From assembly GCA_963665115.1 (NCBI GenBank), contig OY762007.1, positions 7,264,001-7,328,000 on the forward strand: 64,000 nt of DNA, in the 5' to 3' direction. Below the pieces are notes generated by a model that saw only the letters and a list, made by a program, of their open reading frames with translations, ran no database searches and was not told the DNA's origin. Made by a program: the position numbers and the translations under genes. This DNA comes from an uncultured Rivularia sp. Lineage in GTDB: Bacteria; Cyanobacteriota; Cyanobacteriia; Cyanobacteriales; Nostocaceae. The stretch's first letter is position 1; the number at the start of each line of letters is the position of its first letter. Below are positions 32,143-42,980 of the stretch, in pieces.

Positions 32143-33360
32143 ATGTCTAATTCCCAAATAATTCCAACCCGACAACGAATAATTAATGCAGCAGTAGAGC
32201 TATTTGCAGCTCAAGGAGTTACGGAAACTACTACTAAAGCAGTTGCAAAATCGGCGCAAGTTAATGAAGTTACATTGTTTCGACATTTCGGTAACAAACA
32301 CGGGTTGCTTTTAGCGGTAATTTCCGAATCACCAGTATTTCAGGAATTGAGCGAATATTTAAAAACTCAAGCTACTCAAACAACTAGCGTCTACCAAGCT
32401 TTAAAAAACTATTGTGAAGATCGCTTGCAGGCTTTAGAGCGATCGCCAGACTTAGTTCGCTCTGTGGTTGGAGAAGCGGGAAATTATCCTTTAGAAAATC
32501 GTCAGGCATTGGGAAGAAGTTTGAAGGAAGCAAACCATTATGTTGCCGAATTTTTAGCGACGGTAATGGAAAGGGAGCAATTACACGCGGATTTACCACC
32601 CCAAAAGTTAGCAAGTTTGATTAATATTATGCTGTTGGGGTATGCCGTAATTGAATTTACCAGTGAATTTCACGAATTTTGGCATAATAAAGATGATTTT
32701 TTAGAGGATTTAGTAACTTTATTTTTGATGGGAGCTACTAATTCTACAAGTTTAGTTACTTCTTCGGAGTTAGTTCCTATAGAAAAAATAATCGATTTAC
32801 CTTTCGTAACAGTTCAGTCGATTTTGCAGCGTGCCAAAAAATCTGGATTGCGAGATTATGCTTTAATTTATATTTTATTTGGAGCAGGTTTATCAACAGC
32901 AGAAATTACTAATTTGGAGCGAAATCATCAAATTTGTGACACCAATCTACACTTATTACAAATAGTTAAAGGTAATGCTCGGCAAGTTTCAGTTAATCAA
33001 TGGATTATGGGAAAACGCTATGGTTCTTATACTAATAATCCATTAACTAAATACTTAAAAAATCGTAAAGACGAACATTCAGCATTATTGCTCAATAATG
33101 ATGGAATGCCTGTTTCTGAAGTGGATATACAGGAATATTGGCAAAAACTAACTGAAGAATTATCAACACCCGCAGGAGAAAAACCAGCTATCGAACAAGC
33201 TCAACATACCTGGTGCGTAGAAATGTTAATGAAAGGAATGAGCTTAGAAGATATGAGTTTAATTACAGGTTGGAGTTTGAGTAAATTGCAGCCTTATGCA
33301 CGTAGAGCTAAAGAAAAATTGGCTTTAGAACAAGCGATTAAGTTGGATAATAAATCATAA
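32143..33360 (+). CDS. TetR-family regulator fused to a C-terminal degenerate tyrosine-recombinase catalytic domain
   Basis: TetR HTH (TTTKAVAKSAQVNEVTLFRHFGNK); C-terminal RDYALIYILFGAGLSTAEI...EQAQHTW...LITGW...LQPY parallels integrase boxes I/II. Confidence 0.85.
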   Translation: MSNSQIIPTRQRIINAAVELFAAQGVTETTTKAVAKSAQVNEVTLFRHFGNKHGLLLAVISESPVFQELSEYLKTQATQTTSVYQALKNYCEDRLQALERSPDLVRSVVGEAGNYPLENRQALGRSLKEANHYVAEFLATVMEREQLHADLPPQKLASLINIMLLGYAVIEFTSEFHEFWHNKDDFLEDLVTLFLMGATNSTSLVTSSELVPIEKIIDLPFVTVQSILQRAKKSGLRDYALIYILFGAGLSTAEITNLERNHQICDTNLHLLQIVKGNARQVSVNQWIMGKRYGSYTNNPLTKYLKNRKDEHSALLLNNDGMPVSEVDIQEYWQKLTEELSTPAGEKPAIEQAQHTWCVEMLMKGMSLEDMSLITGWSLSKLQPYARRAKEKLALEQAIKLDNKS

Positions 33361-33428
33361 AAAAAATTCCCCCAATAAAAAGGAGGATTTTGATAGAAAC
33401 GAATTTTGAAATTCAAACTTTTCTAAGT

Positions 33429-34397
33429 TTATTTACGACCTAAATTCAATAATTCTTTAGGAGATGCAAGCATATCAATTGCGACGAAGAAAATTTGACC
33501 TTCGCCATTTACCAAAAAACGCCATGCAATATTCATTCCTACATTAGCTCCAAACCAAGGTGTTTCAACTACACCAGTGATTTTCAACTGCTTGGAACCG
33601 AAGGGGCCAGATTCAGAAATACCCTTTTTAGGCATCATGTTCAAACCTTGGGCTTCCTCACGCATATACTTGGCGATCGCCTCCTTACCAACGATTGGCT
33701 TGTGGAATGGTGGCTGTAGGGCACCATCTTCGGCAAACAAAGCTATAGCAGCATCAAAGTTATCCTCGTTCATCGCTTTGATATATTTGATTACCGCAGG
33801 CTCAGTAATACCATCTATGTTTACTTCTGGAACCTCAGCGTCATCATCGCGTTGGAAAATAGGCTCCGGGTTAGGTTTGGAGCTACTTGGCTTCATCTTA
33901 GAAGTATCAAATCCCATGTCTACCACAGTATTACGCAGCACGGTAATTTGCTGACCTGGGTCGAGTTTTTTGGTAGCTTCGAGGACTACTTTTACACCCT
34001 CAGACATTTGATAGTTAGGTGGAATAGGAGCAACAACTCCCTGCTTCATCAATTCTCCTAATTCAAACCAAAAAGCTAGCTTGGTATTAACGCTGAAGAA
34101 ACCATAGGAGCGGCTAATGGGTGAGTCAGAACGGTTAGCCAAATCCTGCATTACCTTAGTCTGTTCGTCGGCAGACATTTTCTTGATTTGATCGAGCAAA
34201 CTTTCTGCTAACTGCAATCTTGCTGCTCCTGGTGCTGCGGGGGTAATTGTTTTACCCATTTCGGTGTACGCATACCACAAGTAAGCTAGTTTGTCATCTA
34301 CACCAAGTTGATCAAATAGGGCGATGGTAGCGGGAATTTGACTAGGAAGTTGAGTTTCTTTGAAAATATTTTGAGCAGAATCTAAAGTTAAAGCCAT
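33429..34397 (-). CDS. ocp2: Orange carotenoid protein, probably OCP2 clade
   Basis: N-terminal carotenoid domain (LWYAYTEMGKTITPAAPGAA) plus NTF2-like C-terminal domain (TPWFGANVGMNIAWRF, AIDMLASPKELLNL); no frp adjacent. Confidence 0.9.
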   Translation of the reverse strand: MALTLDSAQNIFKETQLPSQIPATIALFDQLGVDDKLAYLWYAYTEMGKTITPAAPGAARLQLAESLLDQIKKMSADEQTKVMQDLANRSDSPISRSYGFFSVNTKLAFWFELGELMKQGVVAPIPPNYQMSEGVKVVLEATKKLDPGQQITVLRNTVVDMGFDTSKMKPSSSKPNPEPIFQRDDDAEVPEVNIDGITEPAVIKYIKAMNEDNFDAAIALFAEDGALQPPFHKPIVGKEAIAKYMREEAQGLNMMPKKGISESGPFGSKQLKITGVVETPWFGANVGMNIAWRFLVNGEGQIFFVAIDMLASPKELLNLGRK

Positions 34398-35008
34398 GAT
34401 TTAAATTTCAATCTCCAATAAGTCTTTTTTTCTTAGTTAGCTACCAAAGATTCTTAAAGCAGATACACCCTGGCATCTCAAATTCATCGCGAACAAATAG
34501 TATGCTATAAGCTACAATCGCTATTTATTCCAGTTGCGACTGTTGAGTTTTTCTACGTAGTTAATTCAGCCAGTTTTAGGTATATCTTACGGATACATCT
34601 TCGGCTTAACGGCAAAGATTAAATAACACCTTTGATACTTAACAAGGTAACTACGTTCAGTCACAAAGCTTTCTCTTTACCGATTTAGCTTTCTGTAAAT
34701 TAGCCTACCATTTTATCTTTATTTTTGTAAAGTTTGTTTACAGTATGTATAGTATAAATAATTATGATAATAGATAGAAAGCTTGTATAGCAGTGGTTGT
34801 AGTAGCTTAACAATTCAGATAATTATTCTTGACAATTTTTGAAGACTTATATATATTTCGACATTAATCTAAAAGCTTGAGGGTAGGGCTTTGCAAAGCA
34901 AACAGGTAGTAACTTCACTTATATTCACATTTTGACACAAAAATCAAGCTACGGAAGTAATGAATTTACTTACAATAAAATTAAACTTTGTTGTAGGTAA
35001 AGAGCGTA

Positions 35009-35251
35009 ATGAAGAACATTAGAAACAATTCTTTAGCGACATACATCCGCAATTCTTTTGCTCTAGCGTGGTCAAAATTATCTGCTTTGAGTCAATCTGA
35101 AGTTAATACAAAGTATGAAGAATTAGAAAATTATCGATCGCAAGAGGATGAATCAACTATAAAATTGCAACAAGATTTACATCCTTATTTAATAGATAGA
35201 GTCGAACCATCAGTTAGCCATATTATTTTTTCATCTTATATTAGGTATTAA
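35009..35251 (+). CDS. Hypothetical protein
   Basis: 80-aa ATG ORF with plausible composition. Confidence 0.45.
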   Translation: MKNIRNNSLATYIRNSFALAWSKLSALSQSEVNTKYEELENYRSQEDESTIKLQQDLHPYLIDRVEPSVSHIIFSSYIRY

Positions 35252-35261
35252 AATTAATTAT

Positions 35262-35471
35262 TTAATAAAATTTTTCATCTATCCATTGCTTTGATTTCCT
35301 GATAGCTTCAGTTGGATTTATCGCATAAGGTACGGCGATCGCGCAACCTTTATCATAATTTACCCAAGCAGCATAAATATCTTGTTCATTAAATTTATCG
35401 CGTTCAATCTGGATTTTGCATTGGCGATAAGTAAAAGACATGATAATTTTTGGGTAATGAGGTTCTATCAT
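35262..35471 (-). CDS. Small hypothetical protein (start uncertain: 35441, 35471 or 35540)
   Basis: FTYRQCKIQI...YAAWVNYDKGCAIAVPYA...AIRKSKQWID looks like a globular small protein; contains HIP1. Confidence 0.55.
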   Translation of the reverse strand: MIEPHYPKIIMSFTYRQCKIQIERDKFNEQDIYAAWVNYDKGCAIAVPYAINPTEAIRKSKQWIDEKFY

Positions 35472-35626
35472 TAATTTTGTGCTGCTATTACTTTTGTTGT
35501 CAATATAAGATAGGGGAAAATGTTTATGTAGGGATTTCAATTCTATGTCTTTACATATTCCCTATTTAAGAATATAAAAAAGCTGCAAATTGGGCGAGTA
35601 AAAACCCACCCAAAGTTAATCAAAAA

Positions 35627-36226
35627 CTATGCTGCTGCCATATTTTGAGCAACAAAATCCCAATTAACTAACTTACCCAAAAAGTCATCGATGTAAGCGG
35701 GACGTTTGTTTTGATAATCTAAATAATAAGCGTGTTCCCAGACATCCATTGTTAATAAAGGAGTTTGTCCGTTAGCTAAAGGATTATCAGCATTGAGGGT
35801 TTTTGTAACTTTTAAAGTACCGTTATCTAGCACTAACCAAGCCCAACCACTACCAAACTGAGTCGCTCCAGCAGACTTGAAAGCTTCAACAAATTTATCG
35901 TAACCGCCCAAATCAGCATCAATTTTTTTAGCTAAATCTCCCCCAGGAGTGCCACCACCATTCGGCTTCATACATTGCCAGTAAAAAGTATGATTCCAAG
36001 CTTGAGCAGCGTTGTTAAAAAGTCCTTGCTTTTCGGAATTTCCAGCAATTTCTTTGATTACTTCTTCAATTGATTTTTTATCTAATTCTGTTCCCCTGAC
36101 TGCATCATTGTACTTACTTACATAAGATGCATGATGCTTATCGTGATGAAATTCTAAAGTACTTTTAGAAATAGCAGGTTCTAAAGCCGTGTAGTCATAG
36201 GGAAGAGATGGTAATTCGTATCCCAT
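35627..36226 (-). CDS. sodB: Superoxide dismutase [Fe]
   Basis: HHDKHH, NNAAQAWNH, QFGSGWAW, DVWEHAYY (Fe-type signature). Confidence 0.96.
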   Translation of the reverse strand: MGYELPSLPYDYTALEPAISKSTLEFHHDKHHASYVSKYNDAVRGTELDKKSIEEVIKEIAGNSEKQGLFNNAAQAWNHTFYWQCMKPNGGGTPGGDLAKKIDADLGGYDKFVEAFKSAGATQFGSGWAWLVLDNGTLKVTKTLNADNPLANGQTPLLTMDVWEHAYYLDYQNKRPAYIDDFLGKLVNWDFVAQNMAAA

Positions 36227-36523
36227 TAATATTGTCCTCTGTTAATATCTCTCTTGGAACGTTTTAGAAGTTAAGGTTATTTCTTAAAAACCCCAAAAGT
36301 AGTCAAAATTAAAACTACGTCAACTTCCTTGCGTTCAGATAATATCGCAACGTCGGTCAATGTGAAATCCTCATCCAGGGGATGGGGAATTTGTAGATGT
36401 ATAAATAGATTAATGAGTAAATATATCTTTGGAGTGAAGTATTTTTTTCTAATATACCATTATTGATAGTTACACAATTTAATCAACTATCCATTCGGAT
36501 AATAAATGAACAAAGAACCCAGT

Positions 36524-36832
36524 CTAAAAAATAATAAACGTTATTATCCATATCCCAGTCGTAGCTATGAAACGTATTAACCTAGAACTTCCTCTGTAAC
36601 GTACTTGTTGAGCAAAGATAAAAGCAACATTAGTAGATAACAAAAATGCCAACAACTTAGCTCCTAATAACCAATCATCCTCAGTCACACCAAAAAGCCA
36701 GCGTACTTTAGTACCAGCATTTGCGCCATTAGGCTGAAAGCTTGGATCTCGCAGCAGTGAAACTTGGTACACAAGAATAAACCAACCTACAACTAAAAGC
36801 AGGGAAAAGCCAAGACTTATAAATTGAATCAT
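36524..36832 (-). CDS. Hypothetical membrane protein
   Basis: 102-aa ORF with three hydrophobic segments. Confidence 0.5.
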   Translation of the reverse strand: MIQFISLGFSLLLVVGWFILVYQVSLLRDPSFQPNGANAGTKVRWLFGVTEDDWLLGAKLLAFLLSTNVAFIFAQQVRYRGSSRLIRFIATTGIWIITFIIF

Positions 36833-36981
36833 TTTCTGATAGCTCCATTAGGAGTAGCAGCATAAGGTACCTCGGCGCTCCTCTACATTACAAAAACGGG
36901 TGTCGATCAACACATAATTAGGTTGTGATTTCACATTGTTGGAGACGTAGCACTGCGCCCCGTCTCTACATAGTTTTTATA

Positions 36982-39697
36982 TTAAATCGGAAAATTATTA
37001 TTTAAAAAATCCTCTGCACTACTCTTATCCTTAACCTCCCCATCCAAAGTAGCCGCTAATAAATCATCCAAAATTTGCTTATATTGTGGCCCCCGGTTTG
37101 TAACCCATTTTTTTCAAATCGTTACCATTTAAAGGTGCTTCTATATTTGATAAAACCGTCAGATAATGCCAAATTTGTTTTCTAATTTTTCGCGAGCTTT
37201 GCAATGCGATAAAAATCAACATTGGTAAATCGTATTTCCGCAATAATTTAACAACTTCCGAAGGCTTATTGCATTTATCTAAATTTTCTAAAACATTATT
37301 CTTTGCTGCTGCTAAATTTTCCAACCTCTTAATACTGTCATCTGGAAATTGTAGATTTTTCGCTACCTTTCCGCGATATTCTGCGGCTAAATGAACCACA
37401 ATAACTTCCAAACGCATCTGCCAATGGGTAAATCTTTGCTCTTTAGAATCAAATTTTTGCAAACAACGCTCCATTAAATGCGATTGTCTGAGTAAATCTT
37501 CATCTAATTTCAAAGTCGGATGAATGCACTGCAAAGCATCCAATTCACTCAACATTCTTAAAGCTGGTTTCCAATAGGAAGTTTGTAAAATGTATTTTAA
37601 TTCCGACTTCAAACGAGTTTGTAAAGCTGGTGTTTTAGAATTTTCTTGGGCTGTACGGATATAAACGCCGCTTTCTATTGCGTAGCGAATATACTCTTCT
37701 GTTTGCTTTTCTAGATGAAAACCCAAACGTACTGCAAAACGCACGGCGCGGTAAATCCTTGTTGGATCTTCGATAAAGCTGTTGGCGTGTAAAACTCGAA
37801 TTTGTTTCGCTTGTAAATCTAATAACCCACCGAAAAAATCTAATAGTTTACCTGGATTCGGAGGAGTTAACCGCAAAGCCAAAGCATTAATACTAAAATC
37901 GCGGCGATATAAATCTTGACGAATCGAACTTGCTTCAACTACCGGATTTGCGGCTGGGTAAGGATAAAATTCCGTTCTTGCTGTAGCGATATCTATACAT
38001 AGCGAATCTAACTTTGGATCGTTGTGCCATGACAAAGCAGCAGTTTGAAAATCACCGTGGACATCCAAACGCGCACCGGGATAAATTTGCTGAATCGCCG
38101 AAGCCAACTCCACACCAGCACCAACATCGGCTGCATTATGAAAACCATCAACCACCATATCAATATCTGGAAGCAGCAAAGGCTCATCGGGATTCGCCAA
38201 CAATAAATCCCGCACAGCACCACCAACTATATATAAATGCCAGCCTCGCTGCTCTGCTTCTGAGGATACTTTTTCCAGAAATTGCCATAAAACTGGCTCT
38301 AATCGGTTACGTAAATCATCCAATGTCGGAGTTTTTAAATTATCCTTTTCTTCTGCTTTCTCCTCAACATTTTCTTGATGCAATTCCCGTAAAACATCGG
38401 TACGAGTTACAATTCCCAGCAACTTCCTATCTTCCAAAACTGGTAAACGCCCGATATCATGAGTCACCATTAACGATTTTATTTCCGGTAATTCAGCATC
38501 TGGTGAAATCGTCTTGAGATTCTTTGACATATAGCCTTTCACCGGAGCGTGAGCAAAACCGTGGTGCAAAGCAATATCCAAATCGCGGCGAGAAATTATC
38601 CCAACTAAATCACCAGAAGTATCAACTACCGATAAACCAGAATGTCCGTAACGCAACAAAATTCGATGCGCTTCCTCAATCGTGGTATCTGGTGGAATAG
38701 TACGCACCGGAGAAGACATTAAATCTCTTGCTGTAGGTGGATGTGGAATTGTTTTTTTCAACTCTTCAATAAGTTGGCTGATTATTTCTTGGGAATTTAC
38801 ATCCTTTAAACTTACAGAAGCAGCTTTACTATGACCACCACCACCTAAAGGTGCGAAAATATCATTTAGATTAGTTTGAGAAATTTGCGATCGCGAAGCA
38901 TCTCTCAAAGAGCATCGCGCTATTACCGACAAACGATTACCGCTTTTTTTCTGATATTCGTGAGCCAATAATAAAGCGTCAATTTCCATCAACTCAATCA
39001 ACTCAGACGCTAAATCCGATAAACCACGAACAAAATCATCAGTTTTGAGAATTACCCAGCCAATTTTGTAACCGCGTACTTTTTCAGTTTGAATATCTTC
39101 TAAAGCAATTTTCAATAACTCTTGCAACTGTGGAGACAAACCTGGCTCAATATATTCAGCAACCACCGACAAACTAGCACCCTGCTGCATCAACCAAGCC
39201 AAAGCCAAAGCATCTTCCGCTGTCGTATGGCTGTAAGTTAAAGAACCCGTGTCAACATGGATACCCAAAGCCATCACAGTAGCTTCTGTAGAAGTTAGAG
39301 AAATATTCTGTTTTTGTAATTCTTGTACAACTAAAGTAGTCGCAGCACCCACTGGATGAATATGAGACTCTGTAGCCGGGATATCCAGCGTTTGTTCTAA
39401 ATGATGATCGTAAACAATTACTTTTTCAACATTCGGTAAATCGAACCATTCCGCAGCCTTTCCTAAACGGTTGCGCTGCTGAGTATCAACCACAGCCAAA
39501 CAGCGAATATCTTCAGTAATTACCGCACGTCGTTCGATTAGCGGATATTCATCCTTATGAAGCGCCAAAAAATCCTTAACCGTGGGATGAGAGCCACCAG
39601 GTAAAACGATTTTGCTACCCTCAAGTAACCGCGTCAACCCCACCGCAGCCCCTAGCGTATCAAAATCTGCTGTTATGTGGCATAGAATTAAATTCAT
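36982..39697 (-). CDS. DHH-DHHA1-CBS tRNA nucleotidyltransferase (A-adding type); +1 frameshift at 37090-37094 truncates the last ~35 aa in the assembly
   Basis: CHITADFD, DHH, GGGH, two CBS domains, VGGAVRD, DID, DLYRRDFSINA, EDPTRIYRA; removing one base restores KPGPQYKQILDDLLAATLDGEV...*. Confidence 0.9.
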
Positions 39698-39923
39698 CTC
39701 GTTGGTGTTTGGGAAGGGGTTTATTTATTTTAAATCTTAATTGATGCCCTCAGACTATAAGTCTGGGGCTACACAAACAAAGCCCACCTGCGTGGGCTAT
39801 CAGAGAATTAATTTTATTGCTTTGTAGGTTGGGTGCAGCGAAGCGGAACCCAACATTATGCAAGTAGAAAGTTAAACTAAATAATTAAATCTAAAACAAA
39901 TATTTCTATTTGTAAATTGAATT

Positions 39924-40514
39924 ATGGAGTTGAGCGAATTGTTAAAAAAGTATGAGGCTGGAGAAAGAGAATTCATTGATGTTGAAGATTTATCTGACAG
40001 TTGTTTGGATGGAATGAATTTAAAAAACATTAGTTTAATTGGCGCTGATTTAAATCATGCTAGTTTGATAGACGCTAATCTGAGCGATGCAAATTTGAGC
40101 GGTGCTAACTTGAGTTACGCTGATTTTAGAGGAGCTAATTTGGCTGATGCTAATTTGAAAGGTGCCAATTTAAGCAAAGCTGACATGATCGATAGCTGCT
40201 TGGCATACGCGAAGCTAGAAAATGCTATCTTAACTCGTGCTAACCTTAGTTGCGCTTGCTTGTATAATGCGAATTTAATTAATTCTGACTTAACTTATAC
40301 TGACCTTACTTTTACCATTCTTCACAACGCCACTATCAATAATGCTGATTTAACTAGGGCTGATATTCGTGGTGCTGCAATGTCTCAAACTCGTTTATAT
40401 GAAGCTAATTTAACTGAATGTAACTTCAGGAAAGCCCGTATGTATGACGTTAGATTTGAAGGTGTTATTTTTTGTAATACTACAATGTCTGATGGAAGTG
40501 TCAGGAATAGTTAA
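39924..40514 (+). CDS. Pentapeptide repeat protein
   Basis: ELLKKYEAGEREF start, A(D/N)LxxA repeats, FCNTTMSDGS end. Confidence 0.92.
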   Translation: MELSELLKKYEAGEREFIDVEDLSDSCLDGMNLKNISLIGADLNHASLIDANLSDANLSGANLSYADFRGANLADANLKGANLSKADMIDSCLAYAKLENAILTRANLSCACLYNANLINSDLTYTDLTFTILHNATINNADLTRADIRGAAMSQTRLYEANLTECNFRKARMYDVRFEGVIFCNTTMSDGSVRNS

Positions 40515-40611
40515 TTTGTAGTCAGGAATAGTTAATTTGTAGGTTGGGTTGAGGAACGAAACCCAACATTATGCGAAAATCAACCTTTAATTTGTTTTGC
40601 GGGTTAGAGTT

Positions 40612-41077
40612 ATGGCTACTAGAAAAAGTATGGAAGCTGAGGAGTTATTGCGGCGTTATGCTTCGGGAGAGAGAGATTTTTCCGGCATTAAACTTGAGTA
40701 TACTGATGAGTTGTCTGATGCCAATTTGAGCGGGGTTAATTTGAGTAATTCCTTTATTGACGAACTTTTCTTGCAGGGAATCAATTTGAGTGGAGCCAAT
40801 TTAAAAGAAAGCGATTTTGGTCAAACTTGTCTGCGAGGAGCTAATTTGCGAGGTGCTGATTTTACTGATGCCGATCTCAGCCATGCCAATCTTGATAGCG
40901 CTGATTTGACTGGTGCTAAGCTGACTAACGCTTATATCCGAACCACTAATATGACTAGTGCGAACTTTACTGATGCTGATTTAAGTGGAACTGAGTTTAT
41001 TAAAGCAAATGTTGAACATTCCATTTTTTGTAGAAACCATCATGCCAGATGGAAGTATTTACGATGGAAATATTTGA
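40612..41077 (+). CDS. Pentapeptide repeat protein with +1 frameshift near 41024-41036
   Basis: EELLRRYASGERDF start and repeats; removing one base gives the family-typical end TIMPDGSIYDGNI*. Confidence 0.85.
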
Positions 41078-41379
41078 ATTAATTGTTAAGTTTGTAGGTT
41101 GGGTTGAGAACGTTCACCGTCAGGTAATTAACCCACGAAGGTGGGTTTTGCTTGTGTAGCCGCGATTTCAATCGCCAGGTATTATTACACCTACCCAACT
41201 TAATTCATAAATGTATTTAGGATTATCTCATAAAACCCAAAACCCGGATGTTGGGTTACGGCGCATTTACATTTCACGCAATTAATATAAATTATTCGTG
41301 CGTCTAACCCAACCTACAATTATTTATACTCTTGTGGGGTAGGCATCCCTGCCTGCTCTAATTTAACTTCTAATAAAAA

Positions 41380-41871
41380 TTACCCAACCCTCAACCCTAA
41401 TATCACCAACCCACGCTCTACACCATCAAGCTCTGCAATACCCGGCAAATCTCCCCAACGTTGAAAACCGAATTTTTCAAACAGTTTCAAACTCGCTTGA
41501 TTATGTTCAAAAATAAATCCAATCAAGGTTTTCAATCCCAAATTTGGACTTTGACGAATTGCTTCTGCTAACAATTGCTTTCCTAAACCGCGACGCTGAT
41601 AATTTGAGGCTATATAAATACTTACTTCGGCTGTTGCGTGATAAGCTGGTCTTCCGTAAAAAGGCTGAAAACTCAACCATCCAGCAATTACATCTCCGAT
41701 TTCTATTACCCAAAGAGGATGTTTTACGGGAGAACGTTTGTTAAACCAATTCACGCGACTCCTTACAGATACTGGCTCTAAATCCGCTGTAGCCATACGG
41801 CTGGGAATTGAAGCGTTGTATATTGCCACAATCGCGTGTAAATCATTTTCAGTCGCATGACGGATAATCAT
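41380..41871 (-). CDS. GNAT N-acetyltransferase (phosphinothricin/YncA-like)
   Basis: AIYN, ATADLEP, RPAYHATAEVSIY, RRGLGKQLL and NQASLKLFEKFGF motifs. Confidence 0.9.
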   Translation of the reverse strand: MIIRHATENDLHAIVAIYNASIPSRMATADLEPVSVRSRVNWFNKRSPVKHPLWVIEIGDVIAGWLSFQPFYGRPAYHATAEVSIYIASNYQRRGLGKQLLAEAIRQSPNLGLKTLIGFIFEHNQASLKLFEKFGFQRWGDLPGIAELDGVERGLVILGLRVG

Positions 41872-41929
41872 TTGGGGTTTATGAACGACAATATGAAGAA
41901 ATGATACAGAAAAATTGATAGTATTTGTT

Positions 41930-42730
41930 ATGCCTAGTGCAATTATTACAGGTGGTTCTCAAGGAATTGGTAAAGCGACGGCTCTTTTGTTTGCCCGCAA
42001 AGGATACGATTTGGTAATAAGTGCGCGATCGCCAGAAGTCTTGGAAGCAACGGCGGCGGAAGTTCGGGCAATTGGAACTAAAGTACTGGCTATTCCTTGC
42101 GATGTAAGCCAGGAAGCGGAAGTAAATAACTTAATATCAAAGGCTTTAGAATATTTTGGCAGCATTGATGTTTTAATCAATAATGCTGGAGTTTGCATGA
42201 CTGGCCCCATTGAAAACACTTCTTTAAGCGATTGGCATCGAGTCATTGACGTAAATCTCTGGGGATATATTCATACAGTTCATGCAATTTTACCGCATTT
42301 TTTAGCCCGTGGTGCTGGAACAATTGTCAATGTAGGTTCTATTGGTGGTAAATTACCTTTACCAGAAATGACCGTTTACTGTACCAGCAAGTACGCGATT
42401 ACCGGGTTGACGGAAACTTTGCGAATCGAATTAAAACCGAAAGGTGTTCATGTGGGTGCGGTACATCCGAGCGCTACTGACAGTAATTTTATGGAAAGAG
42501 CGCAATTTCGCGGAAGTAGCGAACAGGAAGCAGAAAAACGCCGCAATTCCATGAGTAGTTTTTTAAAATCTCCAGCAGCGAGCAAACCAGAAGATGTCGC
42601 CGATGCAGTTTGGGATGCAGTTAAACACCAAAAAGATGAAGTTGTAGTTGGTTCGGGTTCGTTTATGTCAGCCGCTTATAAATTCTTCCCTGGCTTAATG
42701 CAGTTCGCGATGCAGACATCTAAACAGTGA
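41930..42730 (+). CDS. Short-chain dehydrogenase/reductase
   Basis: TGGSQGIG, NNAG, YCTSK (YxxxK). Confidence 0.92.
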   Translation: MPSAIITGGSQGIGKATALLFARKGYDLVISARSPEVLEATAAEVRAIGTKVLAIPCDVSQEAEVNNLISKALEYFGSIDVLINNAGVCMTGPIENTSLSDWHRVIDVNLWGYIHTVHAILPHFLARGAGTIVNVGSIGGKLPLPEMTVYCTSKYAITGLTETLRIELKPKGVHVGAVHPSATDSNFMERAQFRGSSEQEAEKRRNSMSSFLKSPAASKPEDVADAVWDAVKHQKDEVVVGSGSFMSAAYKFFPGLMQFAMQTSKQ

Positions 42731-42802
42731 ACAGTTACCAGTTAACAATTATCAGTGATATTGGAAGGTGATGAACCGCACCCTCTAGGTGAATGTATAT
42801 TT

Positions 42803-42980
42803 AGTCCTCTGAAGAGGACTTTTGTTAAGTTGTTACGCATTTAATTTGTATAAGACTAGCGAGCAAGATGTATGTCCTTACGGACACGCTACGCTAACGC
42901 ACTACAATATTTTTGCGGTTTCGCATTATACAATTTAGCTGCACATCAGCTTATGAGCCTGGGAATTTATTCCAAGGCGG
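42803..42980. mobile_element. Nested miniature elements: REP interrupted by a MITE (42826-42953) carrying a second REP with a small dispersed repeat
   Basis: TIRs TAAGTTGTTACGCATTTAATTTGTATAA / TTATACAATTTAGCTGCACATCAGCTTA; internal GCGAGCAAGATG[insert]CGCACTAC. Confidence 0.65.

Noticed and set aside
32143..33360. Active integrase or excision element (xis-type) interpretation
   Set aside because: Both catalytic Arg and the HxxR His are substituted, no core-binding domain is present, and flanking genes are uninterrupted
38014..38517. 167-aa antisense ORF (and similar antisense ORFs at 13511, 14156, 33577, 58100)
   Set aside because: Shadow frames of well-supported genes on the opposite strand
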